From: Octopus vulgaris
Taxonomy: Eukaryota
Direction: 5' to 3'
DNA: 64,000 nt
Assembly (NCBI GenBank): GCA_951406725.2
Contig: OX597814.1
Span: 175,398,001 to 175,462,000, forward strand
Shown: one piece after another, positions 1-11,089 of the stretch
Position numbering within the stretch: position 1 is the stretch's first letter
How the letters are laid out: each line of letters opens with the position of its first letter
Notes under the pieces: generated by a model
What the model saw: only the letters and a program-made list of their open reading frames with translations
Told to the model about the DNA's origin: nothing
Databases searched by the model: none
Translations under genes and position numbers: made by a program

Positions 1-52
1 TATGTATGTATGTATGTATGTATGTATGTATGTATGTATGTGTGTGTGTGTG
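1..52. repeat. (TATG)n/(TG)n microsatellite
   Basis: Direct reading. Confidence 0.95.
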
Positions 53-785
53 TTCAAGTCTGTCTTTCGCTGCTCATTGGGTAACTTCGTGGCTGTTTCT
101 CAAAGGAAATTTGATTATAGATAACATAAAATAGGCAAATAACTTTCTTTGAAACTTCATACTAGAAATTATGGATATGAAAATAACGCTCGACTTATAC
201 GCAATAGTCAGAGTTAAAACTACTTATACTGAGAAAAAAGAAAAATGCGAAGAAATAATTATGTAATATAAAAAAAAAGATATTAGTGAAGTAGATGTAG
301 TTGATGTTTTGCTGATAAGGTTATAACAATATCAAAGCATATCCAGAATTATCTAACCTCCTTACAAAACCAAAATAACAGTAGTATTTGACTAACATTC
401 TTTTTACTGCAAAGCATAATTTTTACAAGTTAAATAGATTTTTTCATAGTGTTTGAACTGTTTATGTTAACATTAATCTACTAATACTAATGATGTATTT
501 GAATTGTTCTCCAAATATATATTTGAAAATATTGTCGCTTGAGCGAAGAATCAACTGTTTTTTCATCTGAACTATTTTCTTTATTATTTTTTAAATTATA
601 TAATCCTTTTATAATAAAAGCATGACATATCTTACGGTTTTGTTTGTTTGTTTCTTATTTATAACTTTCGCTTTTATATCTTCCTTTTAAAACCAATAGA
701 ATATGCAAATTTCCTTTGTTTTAAAAAACCATTTACTTTACCGTTCTCTCTTTTTCAATTCACTGTTTCGTTTAATCATATATAT

Positions 786-861
786 ATATCACTTTAAATG
801 TAAAAGCGGAATAAAGTAGAACATAACGACCAAAACAAAATCTGTTTAATATCTTAATATC

Positions 862-911
<50 letters not shown>

Positions 912-981
912 ATATTAAACGATATTTTTTGTTTTGGTCGTTATGTTCTACTTTATTCCGCTTTTACGTTTAAAGTGATAT
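786..981. repeat. Inverted repeat (~70-bp arms) around a central (TA)n tract
   Basis: 786-856 (atatcactttaaatgtaaaagcggaataaagtagaacataacgaccaaaacaaaa...) is the near-exact reverse complement of 908-981; the spacer is mostly (TA)n. Confidence 0.9.
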
Positions 982-2583
982 CTTCAAAGAGCAGATACAG
1001 TAACTTGAGTTTTTCTTCTACATTCAATGATATTAGAATGTTCTCTCTGTGTAGATCTCCGACCGTTTTGGCGCATTTGATGTATGCAGAACTAGTAAAA
1101 AACACCTGCTTGACTATCGCTGTACTTAGGTATTCCACTTTCTGTATTATATTACATATTTTTATCACGAGCCAACAAAAACGAATGAGTATTCCGTTTT
1201 AAAAGGCATGAAATTTACAAAATCTCAATATCTTTGCTTAGATATTTATCGCCATGTGTCTAAGTAGCTAAATCAATATTCAAAACACGTACGTTAAATA
1301 GGTCAAAAGAAAACAAAATGTAAAGTTTAGTATTTTCAAGTTACTAATCAGTCATCATTAAGTAGACGACGGAGAATATTGAGAAGGCTCCTGGACTAAA
1401 TTAGAATGTGGACAGCTTCCATTGGAATGTTTATTTTTTATTCTATTCAGCACAAAGGCTTCTAACTTTAATGGTTATTATAATACTATTAAGCTAATCA
1501 GTATTCGAAGATATTTCACAACTGGCAAACAGTTTCGTTCATCTTCATTTATGCAGCCATCAATAAACAATATATTTCTAAACGTTTCGTCATGTTTCTT
1601 CATTAAGTTTATACACTTGTCAACCATTCTTGATGTTAATTTCGAGATGATGGATGGCAAGAGCTGCAGAGTAGGAGGTAAGTTTATAATGAAAGGAACT
1701 CGTAACGCGTGTTTAATCCCATGTTGCAGCTACACCACTGGTTCTCTTCGCTGATACATTCACGAACGGAATGAGTGGGTTAGGTTCCCTTCGTCCTCCA
1801 TCTGGAGTTTCTAAAATCCATCGGCTATTCAAAGATAGTCTTGTCCCTGAAAAAATCAACAAAGCCCGTTTGTAGCACCAGGGCGCAGTATGAGAATATA
1901 AAACAGCTTCAGAATGGAAATCGACACTGAGTAAGCAACTTAATTCGAAACCTCGCAATTCGATACTGCCAATTTGTTTCTTACCACTACTCAAACATCG
2001 ACTCTCAGCTGATGCAATACCACTTCTTTTATACCGTTAAAACTTTTGGGAAAATACGCAGACGTCTACAAAAAATTATTTCCAAAAAGTGTGTTGGTAT
2101 AAAGAAAAAGAGGAACAAAGAAAAAACAACATTTTTGAACTAAATGGTATTCTGTATTTACTTCTGAGTTTGAAATTCTGTCAAGCTCGAGACTAACAAG
2201 TTCATCTCCTCTGAGCAGATAAATTACATATATATATAAAATACAAAATGGGACAAGAACGCAAAACGTCCGGACAATTATATGATACAAAAAAGGGACA
2301 ACAAAACATCCAGATAGACGATACAAAAAAAAACAAGGACGGGCCATTCGAAGCTTTCTATCCTCAGTCAAGAACCAGATCATCCTCGCAATTTCGGCTG
2401 ATTAATCTTGCGATTGCTCCAATCTGGCCAGCCCCCAAGGAAAAACTAAGCTAAGAGCATTAGATTCCTTGGAAGAAAGCATCGAATATATACAAAAAGA
2501 AGGATGTAAAAACAGATAATGCTACAGACACTGTTACACAAATATATATCTATGTATATATATAAAGAAATATATATATAAAG

Positions 2584-2630
<47 letters not shown>

Positions 2631-2633
<3 letters not shown>

Positions 2634-2995
2634 AATAATAAAAGGGTAAAATTAATTATTAATTCATTTTACCAAGTAGTGTTCAGTATGTAAAAAGACC
2701 ATTTACGGTATATTTAAAACATTACGTTATATAATTAGGGTTCAGTAAAATAATTTACTTTACCACACACCGAACTTTTAGAAATAGCAGCCAAAAAAAT
2801 CCTTAGCTATTTCCTCTACTATAAGAAAAGTCTCCCAGACAATGTATACTTAAAAATATTTTTTTGAGTATACATTGTCTGGGAGACTTTTCTTATAGTA
2901 GAGGATATAGCTAAGATTTTTTGGCTGCTATTTCTAAAAGTTCGGTGTGTGGTAAAGTAAATTATTTTACTGAACCCTAATTATATAACGTAATG

Positions 2996-2997
<2 letters not shown>
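2631..2997. mobile_element. (TA)n-flanked fold-back element, ~140-bp arms (2718-2857 / 2858-2997), probably Penelope-like pseudo-LTR derived
   Basis: Near-perfect palindrome centred on taaaaatattttttt with (TA)n on both sides. The left end resembles termini at 19330 and 34760-34910 and, more weakly, the reverse complement of 7750-7870. Confidence 0.7.
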
Positions 2998-3046
<49 letters not shown>

Positions 3047-3061
3047 ACATATATATATATA

Positions 3062-3110
<49 letters not shown>

Positions 3111-3132
3111 TACATATATATATATAAGTGTA

Positions 3133-3164
<32 letters not shown>

Positions 3165-3188
3165 AGTATATATATATATATATATAAA

Positions 3189-3234
<46 letters not shown>

Positions 3235-3262
3235 AAAATATATATATAAGTATATATATATA

Positions 3263-4502
3263 TATTTCAGTAAGGCCTTCGACAGGGTCGATCACAAGAT
3301 CCTATTGAAAAAACTATCCAACATTGGTGTCTCTGGAAAGTTACTGAAATGGATTAAGTGTTTCCTGACAGACAGATCTCAACATGTTGTAGTTGAAGGG
3401 GTAAAATCAAGCCCAGCCAAAGTCAGTAGTGGCGTTCCGCAAGGCACTGTGCTGGGCCCACTTCTTTTCATCATTTACATTAATGACATTAATGACATCA
3501 TCAAGCACAGCAACATAAAAATCTTTGCAGATTACTCCAAGCTACAGAAGGTCATAAATGAGGCGAGTGACCGGACATGCCTTCAGTCAGATCTACTGGC
3601 TGTTATCCAATGGGCAGAAAAAAACAATATGCTGCTGAACGAGGATAAATTTGAGCTAATCCACTTTGGAAAAGAGGATGCCCTGAAACTCCCATACTCC
3701 CTTCCTTCAGGTGAAACTCTCGCGGCGTCCAACAACATCAGAGACTTGGGAGTAATTGTGGACAACAACGTAAGCTGGGCCACTCATATAAACACCAAAG
3801 TTGACATGGCCCGCAGAATGTGTTCCTGGATTCTCAGAACTTTCCAGTCGAGAGATATCCACACCATTATCCTTCTCTTCTCCACTTTTGCCCGACCCCA
3901 CCTTGAATACTGTTGTCCACTGTGGTCTCCCCACACAATACAAGGTATCATAAAAGTCGAAGCACCTCAAAGGGCAATCACAAAAAAGATAGATGGCATG
4001 ACAGGCCTCGACTATTGGGGTCGACTAGAAAAGCTAAAACTCTATTCTCTCCAACGTCGTCGTGAGCGCTACATCATCTGCATGATGTGGAAAATGTTCC
4101 ATCAGCATTGCCCAAATGATGTTGGCATCACCTTTAAGGTACATCCAAGGCTTGGGCCCCGTGCCATCCGCCCAAAACAAAAATCGCACTCTCATCTCAT
4201 AACAACAATACGGCACAATTATTTCACCTCAATTGGCCCCGCTCTCTTTAACATTACACCAAAACACATTAAAACAGAAACTGACCCTATAGGGTTCAAG
4301 AAGTCTTTGGACAGATTCCTTCAAGAAATCCCGGATAAACCCCCTACACCCGGATATGTCTCTGTAAACAATAACTCTCTACTTGAGTGGGCCATAGTGC
4401 CCAAATTCTGACTTGAAAGACTTCACCAGGTGGTGCTATTAAGTTAGACATGGCCTGGGCCAATAATGGCCGAAACCTATCAAAGTATCAAAGTATCAAA
4501 GT
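3263..4502 (+). mobile_element. 5'-truncated non-LTR retrotransposon (CR1/L2/Jockey group)
   Basis: RT ORF starts abruptly at (TA)n ([10 protein letters not shown]). The 3' UTR has a GGCCA-ATAA-TGGCC stem-loop and a (TATCAAAG)3 tail running into (TA)n. Confidence 0.92.
3305..4411 (+). pseudogene. LINE reverse transcriptase C-terminal part, catalytic motif FADD mutated to FADY
   Basis: Motifs SGVPQGTVLGPLLFIIYIND, FADYSK, DLGVIVD, RPHLEYCCPLWSP and LYSLQRRRER; open frame of 368 aa; no endonuclease or N-terminus. Confidence 0.9.
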
Positions 4503-4509
4503 ATATATG

Positions 4510-4569
<60 letters not shown>

Positions 4570-4837
4570 AATAATTAAAAGGGCGGGCAACAGGCTATAT
4601 ATATGTATATATAAGCTCATATCTATATATATTTATATATGTATATATATATATAGCATATATATATATTTATGTATATATATAAGCATATATATACATT
4701 TATGTATGTATATATATAAGCATATATATTTATGTATATATATATATATAAGCATATATATATATTTATGTATGTATATATATAAGCATATATATATATA
4801 TATATATTTATGTATGTATATATATAAGCATATATAA

Positions 4838-5262
4838 AGGGAATTCTACGAAATTTTTTGCCACCCTATATTGATTAATTATGAATTTTCTGGTTAATTC
4901 CATAATGGAATCGGCGGCTTATATTTGCTGCCGATAAATTTGGCGCGAGTGCGATGATTTGAAAATTTTAGGTCAGATATTGCCGAGACTGTGATAGAAG
5001 TGCCTCGTGTGAATATCTGCTCCGATCTGGCTGTTCTTACTGACGAATCTATCGGCCTATGGAAGACTGGCTTGATTTAATTTAATCAGGTTAGTTTACC
5101 ATTAAACAATAGATGAAACGGTGTATCGTATAAGGAACTACAGGGTAAGTGTTTTTTTAATTTTCTCCTGGTTTGCGGAATTAATGTTGTTTTGCGGTTG
5201 AAGCTTTGGCTGTTATTTCTAGTGGGTGAATGGCCTATTATGGCCGTTCCTTGATTTTGATG
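4838..5262 (+). mobile_element. ~425-bp non-coding structured element carrying a hammerhead ribozyme (Penelope pseudo-LTR / retrozyme-like)
   Basis: Interrupts the minisatellite. Contains hairpins atcggcggc/gctgccgat, cagatatt/aatatctg and gaatggcc/ggccgttc, a hammerhead, and the TTGGCTGTTATTTCTAG motif. Confidence 0.7.
5033..5138 (+). ncRNA. Type I hammerhead ribozyme with canonical core and long stem II
   Basis: Stem I GTTCTTA/TAAGGAAC; CTGACGA 5040-5046; stem II ATCTAT/ATAGAT; GAAA 5115-5118; stem III ACGG/TCGT; GUA triplet with predicted cleavage after 5130. Confidence 0.8.
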
Positions 5263-5321
5263 ATATAAGCATATATATATATTTATGTATGTATATCTAT
5301 AAGCATGTATATATATATCTT

Positions 5322-5403
<82 letters not shown>

Positions 5404-6444
5404 GGATCGATTCAGTCGACATATACAATCGTAAAAGAGTTTTGGCTTTGTGTCAATGTAAGAAATCGTTAATTACTCTTACGTAATTCATCGGATGAAA
5501 CTGTTTTGAAATGCTACTTTATAGTTTTTTATCCCTTTAGCTTTACTGTATTATTTACAATTTTATTTAGAATTAATTAACGATAAATTGAAACACTAAA
5601 AGAATGTACCATGAAATAGATCAATAATGGACTATAATAGAATTAAGTGAAACAGTTTTTCACTATTGTTTTGATTTATAAAAATTTTGGTACCTTTCGT
5701 ACAACCTCGCAATTTACGTAATTTGATAAATTCAAAAATTTCATTCATCAAGCTATTTCTTATCTAATAAAAACAGTATCGCTGTTTCTTATTAAACATC
5801 ACTATCATCTTCCGTCCAATACAATATATCTAATCACATGAAAATTAGGTGGCTCTGTTTTCATCGAGGTTGTTTGCTTGATAGATTGCTAGAATGTCTG
5901 CTCTTCTCTGTCAAGAATAACGAAAACCAGGAAACTTGATTATTTTTATGATTGATTACTAAAGAGAATTAAATAAACTTGTTTGTTTTGTTTCTCGAAA
6001 TAAATTTTGCTTTTAAAGAAGTTGTTGTTGAAGCCCAGATGAAAGCTGATTCAGCATTCCTTTCATCGAGGTTATTCCGCTTAGATAATGAAGATGACCG
6101 TACCATCTTTATATCCAGTCAGTTTTATATAGGGGTACCATGTTCAAATGAGATCTTGCCTTAAAACCGTGGCGTATGGTTTCAGCAAGATTTCGTTGCT
6201 ATTTCTGGCAGATCAAACGACGTCTTGGCGTCTTTTTTGTCGGTCCATTTGTTGTTTGGGTATATCCTGCGCGAAATATGAGTTATTCATAAAGCGAAAT
6301 CAGTTACTTGGAACATGAAATGTAATAGAAATATACAGTAATTCCTCGACTATCGCGGGTATTATGTTCCACCCCACCCCGCGTTAGGTGAAAATCTGCA
6401 AAGTAGAAACAATACTGTACTGTATATCTATTATTATACGTTTG

Positions 6445-6834
6445 CGCGCCGGGCGAAATGCTTAGCAGTATATCATCTGCCGTCACGTTGTGAGTTCAAA
6501 TTCCGCCGAGGTCGACTTTGCCTTTCATCCCTTCGGGGTCGATAAATTAAGTACCAGTTACGCACTGGGGTCGATGTAATCGACTTAATCCCTTTGTCTG
6601 TCCTTGTTTGTCCTCTCTATGTTTAGCCCCTTGTGGGTAATAAAGAAATAGGTATTTCGTCTGTCTTTACGTTCTGAGTTCAAATTCCGCCGAGGTCGAC
6701 TTTGCCTTTCATCCTTTCGGGGTCGATAAATAAACTACCAGTTTCGCACTGGGGTCGATGTAATCAACTTAATCCCTTTGTCTGTCCTTGTTTGTCCCCT
6801 CTATGTTTAGCTCCTTGTGGGCAGTAAAGAAATA
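6445..6834 (+). mobile_element. SINE family B (tRNA-like head, GTCGACTTTGCCTTTCATCCTTTCGGGGTCGATAAA core), two tandem units
   Basis: B-box-like GAGTTCAAATTCC; core repeated many times in the window; ends AATAAAGAAATA. Confidence 0.85.
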
Positions 6835-7099
6835 TATTTTTATAATTTGCATATATTCATTTTATTATAAATGCAAAACAACACCATACACTCGCCTCCC
6901 AAGTTTCGTTTCTCATACAGTATGTCCGATTCTTTGTTTACTCATCTACGATACACTACATATTTTCTTTTAATATACTTTAATTAATGTGTGTAATACA
7001 GTCAGTACTGTAATGTATTTCTATTTATTAATTTATTAATTTTTAGGCGTGTAAATGGTTATTTTACCACAGAAATAATTAAAATCTAAAAAAAAAATT

Positions 7100-7460
7100 A
7101 AATACCTATATATAAACATTGTCACTTGATACTAACACACGGACGTAACGGGGAACTTACGAAAAATTTTAAAGACCAATCATGTAACTATCCTCTACCA
7201 ATCAAACCCTATTCAAAACATTAATTTGAGACATGAACTCCTTATAAAAATAGGGCAAGCTTCAAACACTAGTCAGAAGTAAAACAGGTACGACATAAGG
7301 TAGGTCTTTCTAGTTCAAACTTTTGAAAATCAGTGTACACTGAAACCGGTTAAATCTTTAAATATAATAATAAAAAAAGTATTTTAACACTATTGCAATT
7401 CATGTTTAGTCAAACTGATTTCCTATATTTCTACCCATGTGGAATAAAATAACTTTGTTT
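7100..7460 (+). mobile_element. Decayed Penelope-like 3' end (GIY-YIG C-terminus plus hammerhead-like remnant)
   Basis: Frameshifted IPIYKHCH...HVTILYQSNP...RHELLIK...NTSQK*, then TTGAAAA-TCAGTGTACACT-GAAA-CCGG-TT at 7323-7351, then (TA)n. Confidence 0.4.
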
Positions 7461-7469
7461 TGTATATAT

Positions 7470-7539
<70 letters not shown>

Positions 7540-7540
<1 letters not shown>

Positions 7541-7868
7541 AATGCCAAATATACCGAAAAAAATACAAAATTGCCAATAACCATTATAATTTATGCGTCT
7601 CGAAAGAAGCCGATAGAAATTTCTAAAAAATCCGTTATTACCGGTAATATTCGGTAATAACGGATTTTTTAGAAATTCCTATCGGCTTGTTTCGAGACGC
7701 ATATAATGGTTATTGACAATTTTGTCTTTTTTTCGGCATATTTGGCATTAGAATTTTTATTTTGCCCTTATTTTATAAGTTATTTATAAATTTAACCTTC
7801 AAAGGTATTTTTTGATATGCTGGCCATTAATAAAATATTTTTTCGAAAAAATTTTTATCCTACATTAG

Positions 7869-7870
<2 letters not shown>
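7540..7870. mobile_element. (TA)n-flanked fold-back element, ~100-bp arms (7540-7643 / 7652-7750)
   Basis: Arms are reverse complements around ccggtaatattcgg; (TA)n on both sides. Confidence 0.75.
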
Positions 7871-7917
<47 letters not shown>

Positions 7918-7921
<4 letters not shown>

Positions 7922-8213
7922 CGTGCCCGACCAGGCTATCAGATGTTGCTACACGTCGCTGGTCACAATGCGCTTCGCATTGTTTTAGCCTTCATGTGAC
8001 GCCACCCCGCTGGCTAAGCGAGCAGGCCAACAGAAGAAAGAGTGAGAGAAAGTTGTGGCGAAAGTGTACAGCAGAGGTCGCTACCACCCCCTGCCGGAGC
8101 CTCGTGGAGCTTTAGGTGTTTTCGCTCAATAAACACTCACAACGCCCGGTCTGGGAATCGAAACCGCGATCCTACGACCACGAGTCCGCTGCTCTGACCC
8201 CTGGGCCATTGCG

Positions 8214-8217
<4 letters not shown>
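7918..8217 (-). mobile_element. SINE family C (tRNA-derived head GAGGCGCAATGGCCCAG...GGTTTCGATTCCC)
   Basis: A- and B-box-like motifs on the minus strand; head homologous to 17065-17250. Confidence 0.85.
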
Positions 8218-8255
<38 letters not shown>

Positions 8256-11089
8256 GACTATGTATGAGTATATATATGTGTGTGTCTCAGCCATGCGTTG
8301 CCGTCATGCTGAAGAACAACCGTGACTTTGTACCCTTTCCACAGCCCTCTTATATGATTGATTTGTTTTTATGTGTAGTGATTGACGCTGATTATGCATA
8401 ACATTAACAATATATTTACAGCCCTCACTCATAAAAGCATGTTAGCTGAACCATGAAGAAAGTACTCGATCAACTTCAGTGGGAAATTTATGTTGGTCAA
8501 TAGATTTATTTAACAAAGGACACGAATATCTATTCAAAACCGCCGGCTGTAGACTGACCTGTAACTTTTTTTGTTATAGATTGCCACAGTGCATTGCATG
8601 AATAGCTTACTTATAGGTAACACTGATTCCTTTATTTGCCCCCCAGAGCACCCAATTTATAAATCGTTAATGATAAGAAAACATAGATGATTATAAAATA
8701 ACAAGGCAAAAAATAAGCGAAAACACCGGTTATTTTTTTTACTCCCGGACTATAAAGATTTGAATATGCGCACATTAATGGCAATAAAAATACAAAAATA
8801 AACATACAAGTAAACAAATAAAATAAACTATACATATGCACTATCAAACAAGCGTGTTCATTCATATGCTTTCCTTCACATATGTGTATATTTTTAGAGG
8901 AGTCGCATACAGTCACGCGCAAGGTACGTATTTATGTGCGTATGTATATCCACATTGTGTTATAAACATATGCATAAGTATACACTGTTTCACATCCATA
9001 TATAAAAAGGCAATGCGTGAGATATTGGTGCTTGCGCACACAACATATACATTTAAAAACGCTTGCACACTCACAACGACACACATAGGCACATAAACAT
9101 ATCAAAGCACTCTTCAAGAGACAAAAACACACTCAGCAATATTGTGGACATACTTGTACCGACGTGAAAAGTAATCAATATTGAGGACACACAATATAGT
9201 AATAAGCCTTAATTTTTCATTGTTGTCCTTAGATAATGAAGAGTGTCAGACACACCCTTGTTTCAATAGCTGTTGAAAAACCCTGAAATAATATTAATAC
9301 AGAAATAACATTATCTTCGCTAAACCGTTCTTTGCATTGGAATTAATTCCCTCATTTTCAGCCTGAAGTGTTTTCTATTATGTGTCCGTAATGTATTGAA
9401 ATGGCATTCAGCTGTGTTTAATAGGTTCCTTTTACACACTTTTTGTAGGCGACAATATTATCGATCACAGCTAATAAATCAAGAAACAAATGAAAATAAA
9501 AATGAACCAACAAAATAATACAATACAAAACAATCTTCAGATATATTGTTGCAAGCTGCTATCTTTACTTTCCACTGCGACATATTCTTCCATGACTATA
9601 ATATTTCAAGCTATAAAACAATAAAAACATAAATTCTAGATGTAAACTTCTCAGTTCTCTTTATATATTTGAATGTGTCATATGTTATATTGTCTACCGT
9701 GTGATAAAGTCGAATTGTGTAATGATAAGTTTTATCATATATCTTAGCCATAATTTAATGAAAGTTCAAATAAAGCTTCTTCGTTATTTTCGTTGAGCGA
9801 AGTGGTGTGCAAACCAGTTAAGTAATTTGATCTTGAAAACATTGCAAGTAATAAATTCCACCTTTTGTTTTATCAAGTAATATTTAAATATCGTTAGTAT
9901 TGAATTTAATATTGAATATCTTGTTATTGAAGACATCGAAGAAGAAGATATTGAAGAAGGAAAAAGAGAAAAAATCCTACAGTTATGGTGAAAATAAAAA
10001 TGATATATTTTATTCTTGAGTTTATTACGTGTAAATTAGTTGTAATGTTATGTTTTCGATTATAAAGCTGAATTTAACATCGAAACATTGGATAGTTGGA
10101 GGTGTATTAAAGTCAATAATCAATAAAATTAATTTCATTGGACAAAAAAATCTACATTTGCTGTCAAGAGATCATAACAAAAACAAAAAGCAAAGTTACC
10201 ACCGATATCGTTACGAGACATACAGAAATATAGCATTTTGTTCCATATTCAGTCGTATTAAGAGTAGGACAGTCGAATTTCCCGTGAGGAAAAACTATAT
10301 CAGATATAAAGACAATAAAATATAATAATGTTGATTGCTTTTGGCTATGATGAAGGCGTAAATGTGGCTGCCTATCTGAGAGATAATCAGCTCATAGCTA
10401 TTTATAATGCATAAACTAGAACAAAGCTAAACTGGTCTGTCTAACAGTCCATGCGCTGACAACGTGAATTAATAATGCACATGTATAGCGTTCTGGTTTG
10501 AATAATTTGAAATGTAAGAAGTAACTTTTCGATGAAAATATAACTTAGCTTCCCTGGTGAAATGGAAAATAAAGTGGTTATACAACAAACTTTGTCTTTT
10601 AGGGGCGAGAGAAAGTGATTAATTTGTGTAGTTTCTAGTCTTGTACCTTCATCAAAAAAAAAAAAAAAAAAAAGAATATCCAACTTCTGATTACTATTGT
10701 TAATAATCTCTCTACGTAGACGGGTTTTACTTCTCTGCTGAGGTTTTAACAAGAACAGAAAACAGTCAAATTGATGTCTTCTGTATATGGATGAATAAAA
10801 CGTGTGTAACAACTTTCATTACTTTTCATAGCGACGTTAAATTTTATATTTATTAAAAAAAATTCACAACTTACCTTTCAAATCATCTAAAATATGTTGT
10901 ACAAGGGACTCCATATATTCATATATACATATATACACACATTAACATGTATGTATAAATGTAATCTTAAATTAAAAACCACAAATCTTACAATTACAGC
11001 TACCCAGGGATTCCTGGTCAAAATAATACTTCATTACACCATTTATGAAGCTGAAAACAAGACCGTTTGTCAGTTGTCTTTTGAGCAGA

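Larger units (their letters stand above)
4590..5318. repeat. ~28-32-bp AT minisatellite (TATATAAGCATATATATATTTATGTATG-like) interrupted by the 4838-5262 insertion
   Basis: The unit recurs over 4590-4836 and resumes at 5264-5318. Confidence 0.8.

Noticed and set aside
2340-2430. Minus-strand CTGAGGA-TA-GAAA-GCTTC hammerhead-like string in a (TA)n-flanked segment
   Set aside because: No stem II, and stem I does not pair.
2779-2794. TAGAAATAGCA resembles the Cas9 sgRNA scaffold
   Set aside because: Short coincidental match inside a eukaryotic repeat; no repeat-spacer array or cas genes.
2996-3295. Many ORFs rich in YI/HT/CV/LSIY/N/L runs (also 19548, 31558, 41477, 45895, 61145 etc.)
   Set aside because: Translations of microsatellites, not genes.
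4453-4478. CTG-GGCCA/TGGCC-GAAAC resembling a hammerhead half
   Set aside because: Lacks the ANGA of the core and stems I/III; better explained as the LINE 3' stem-loop.
7985-8032. Minus-strand CCTGCTCGC similar to the HDV-ribozyme L3 loop
   Set aside because: Could not build the nested double pseudoknot.
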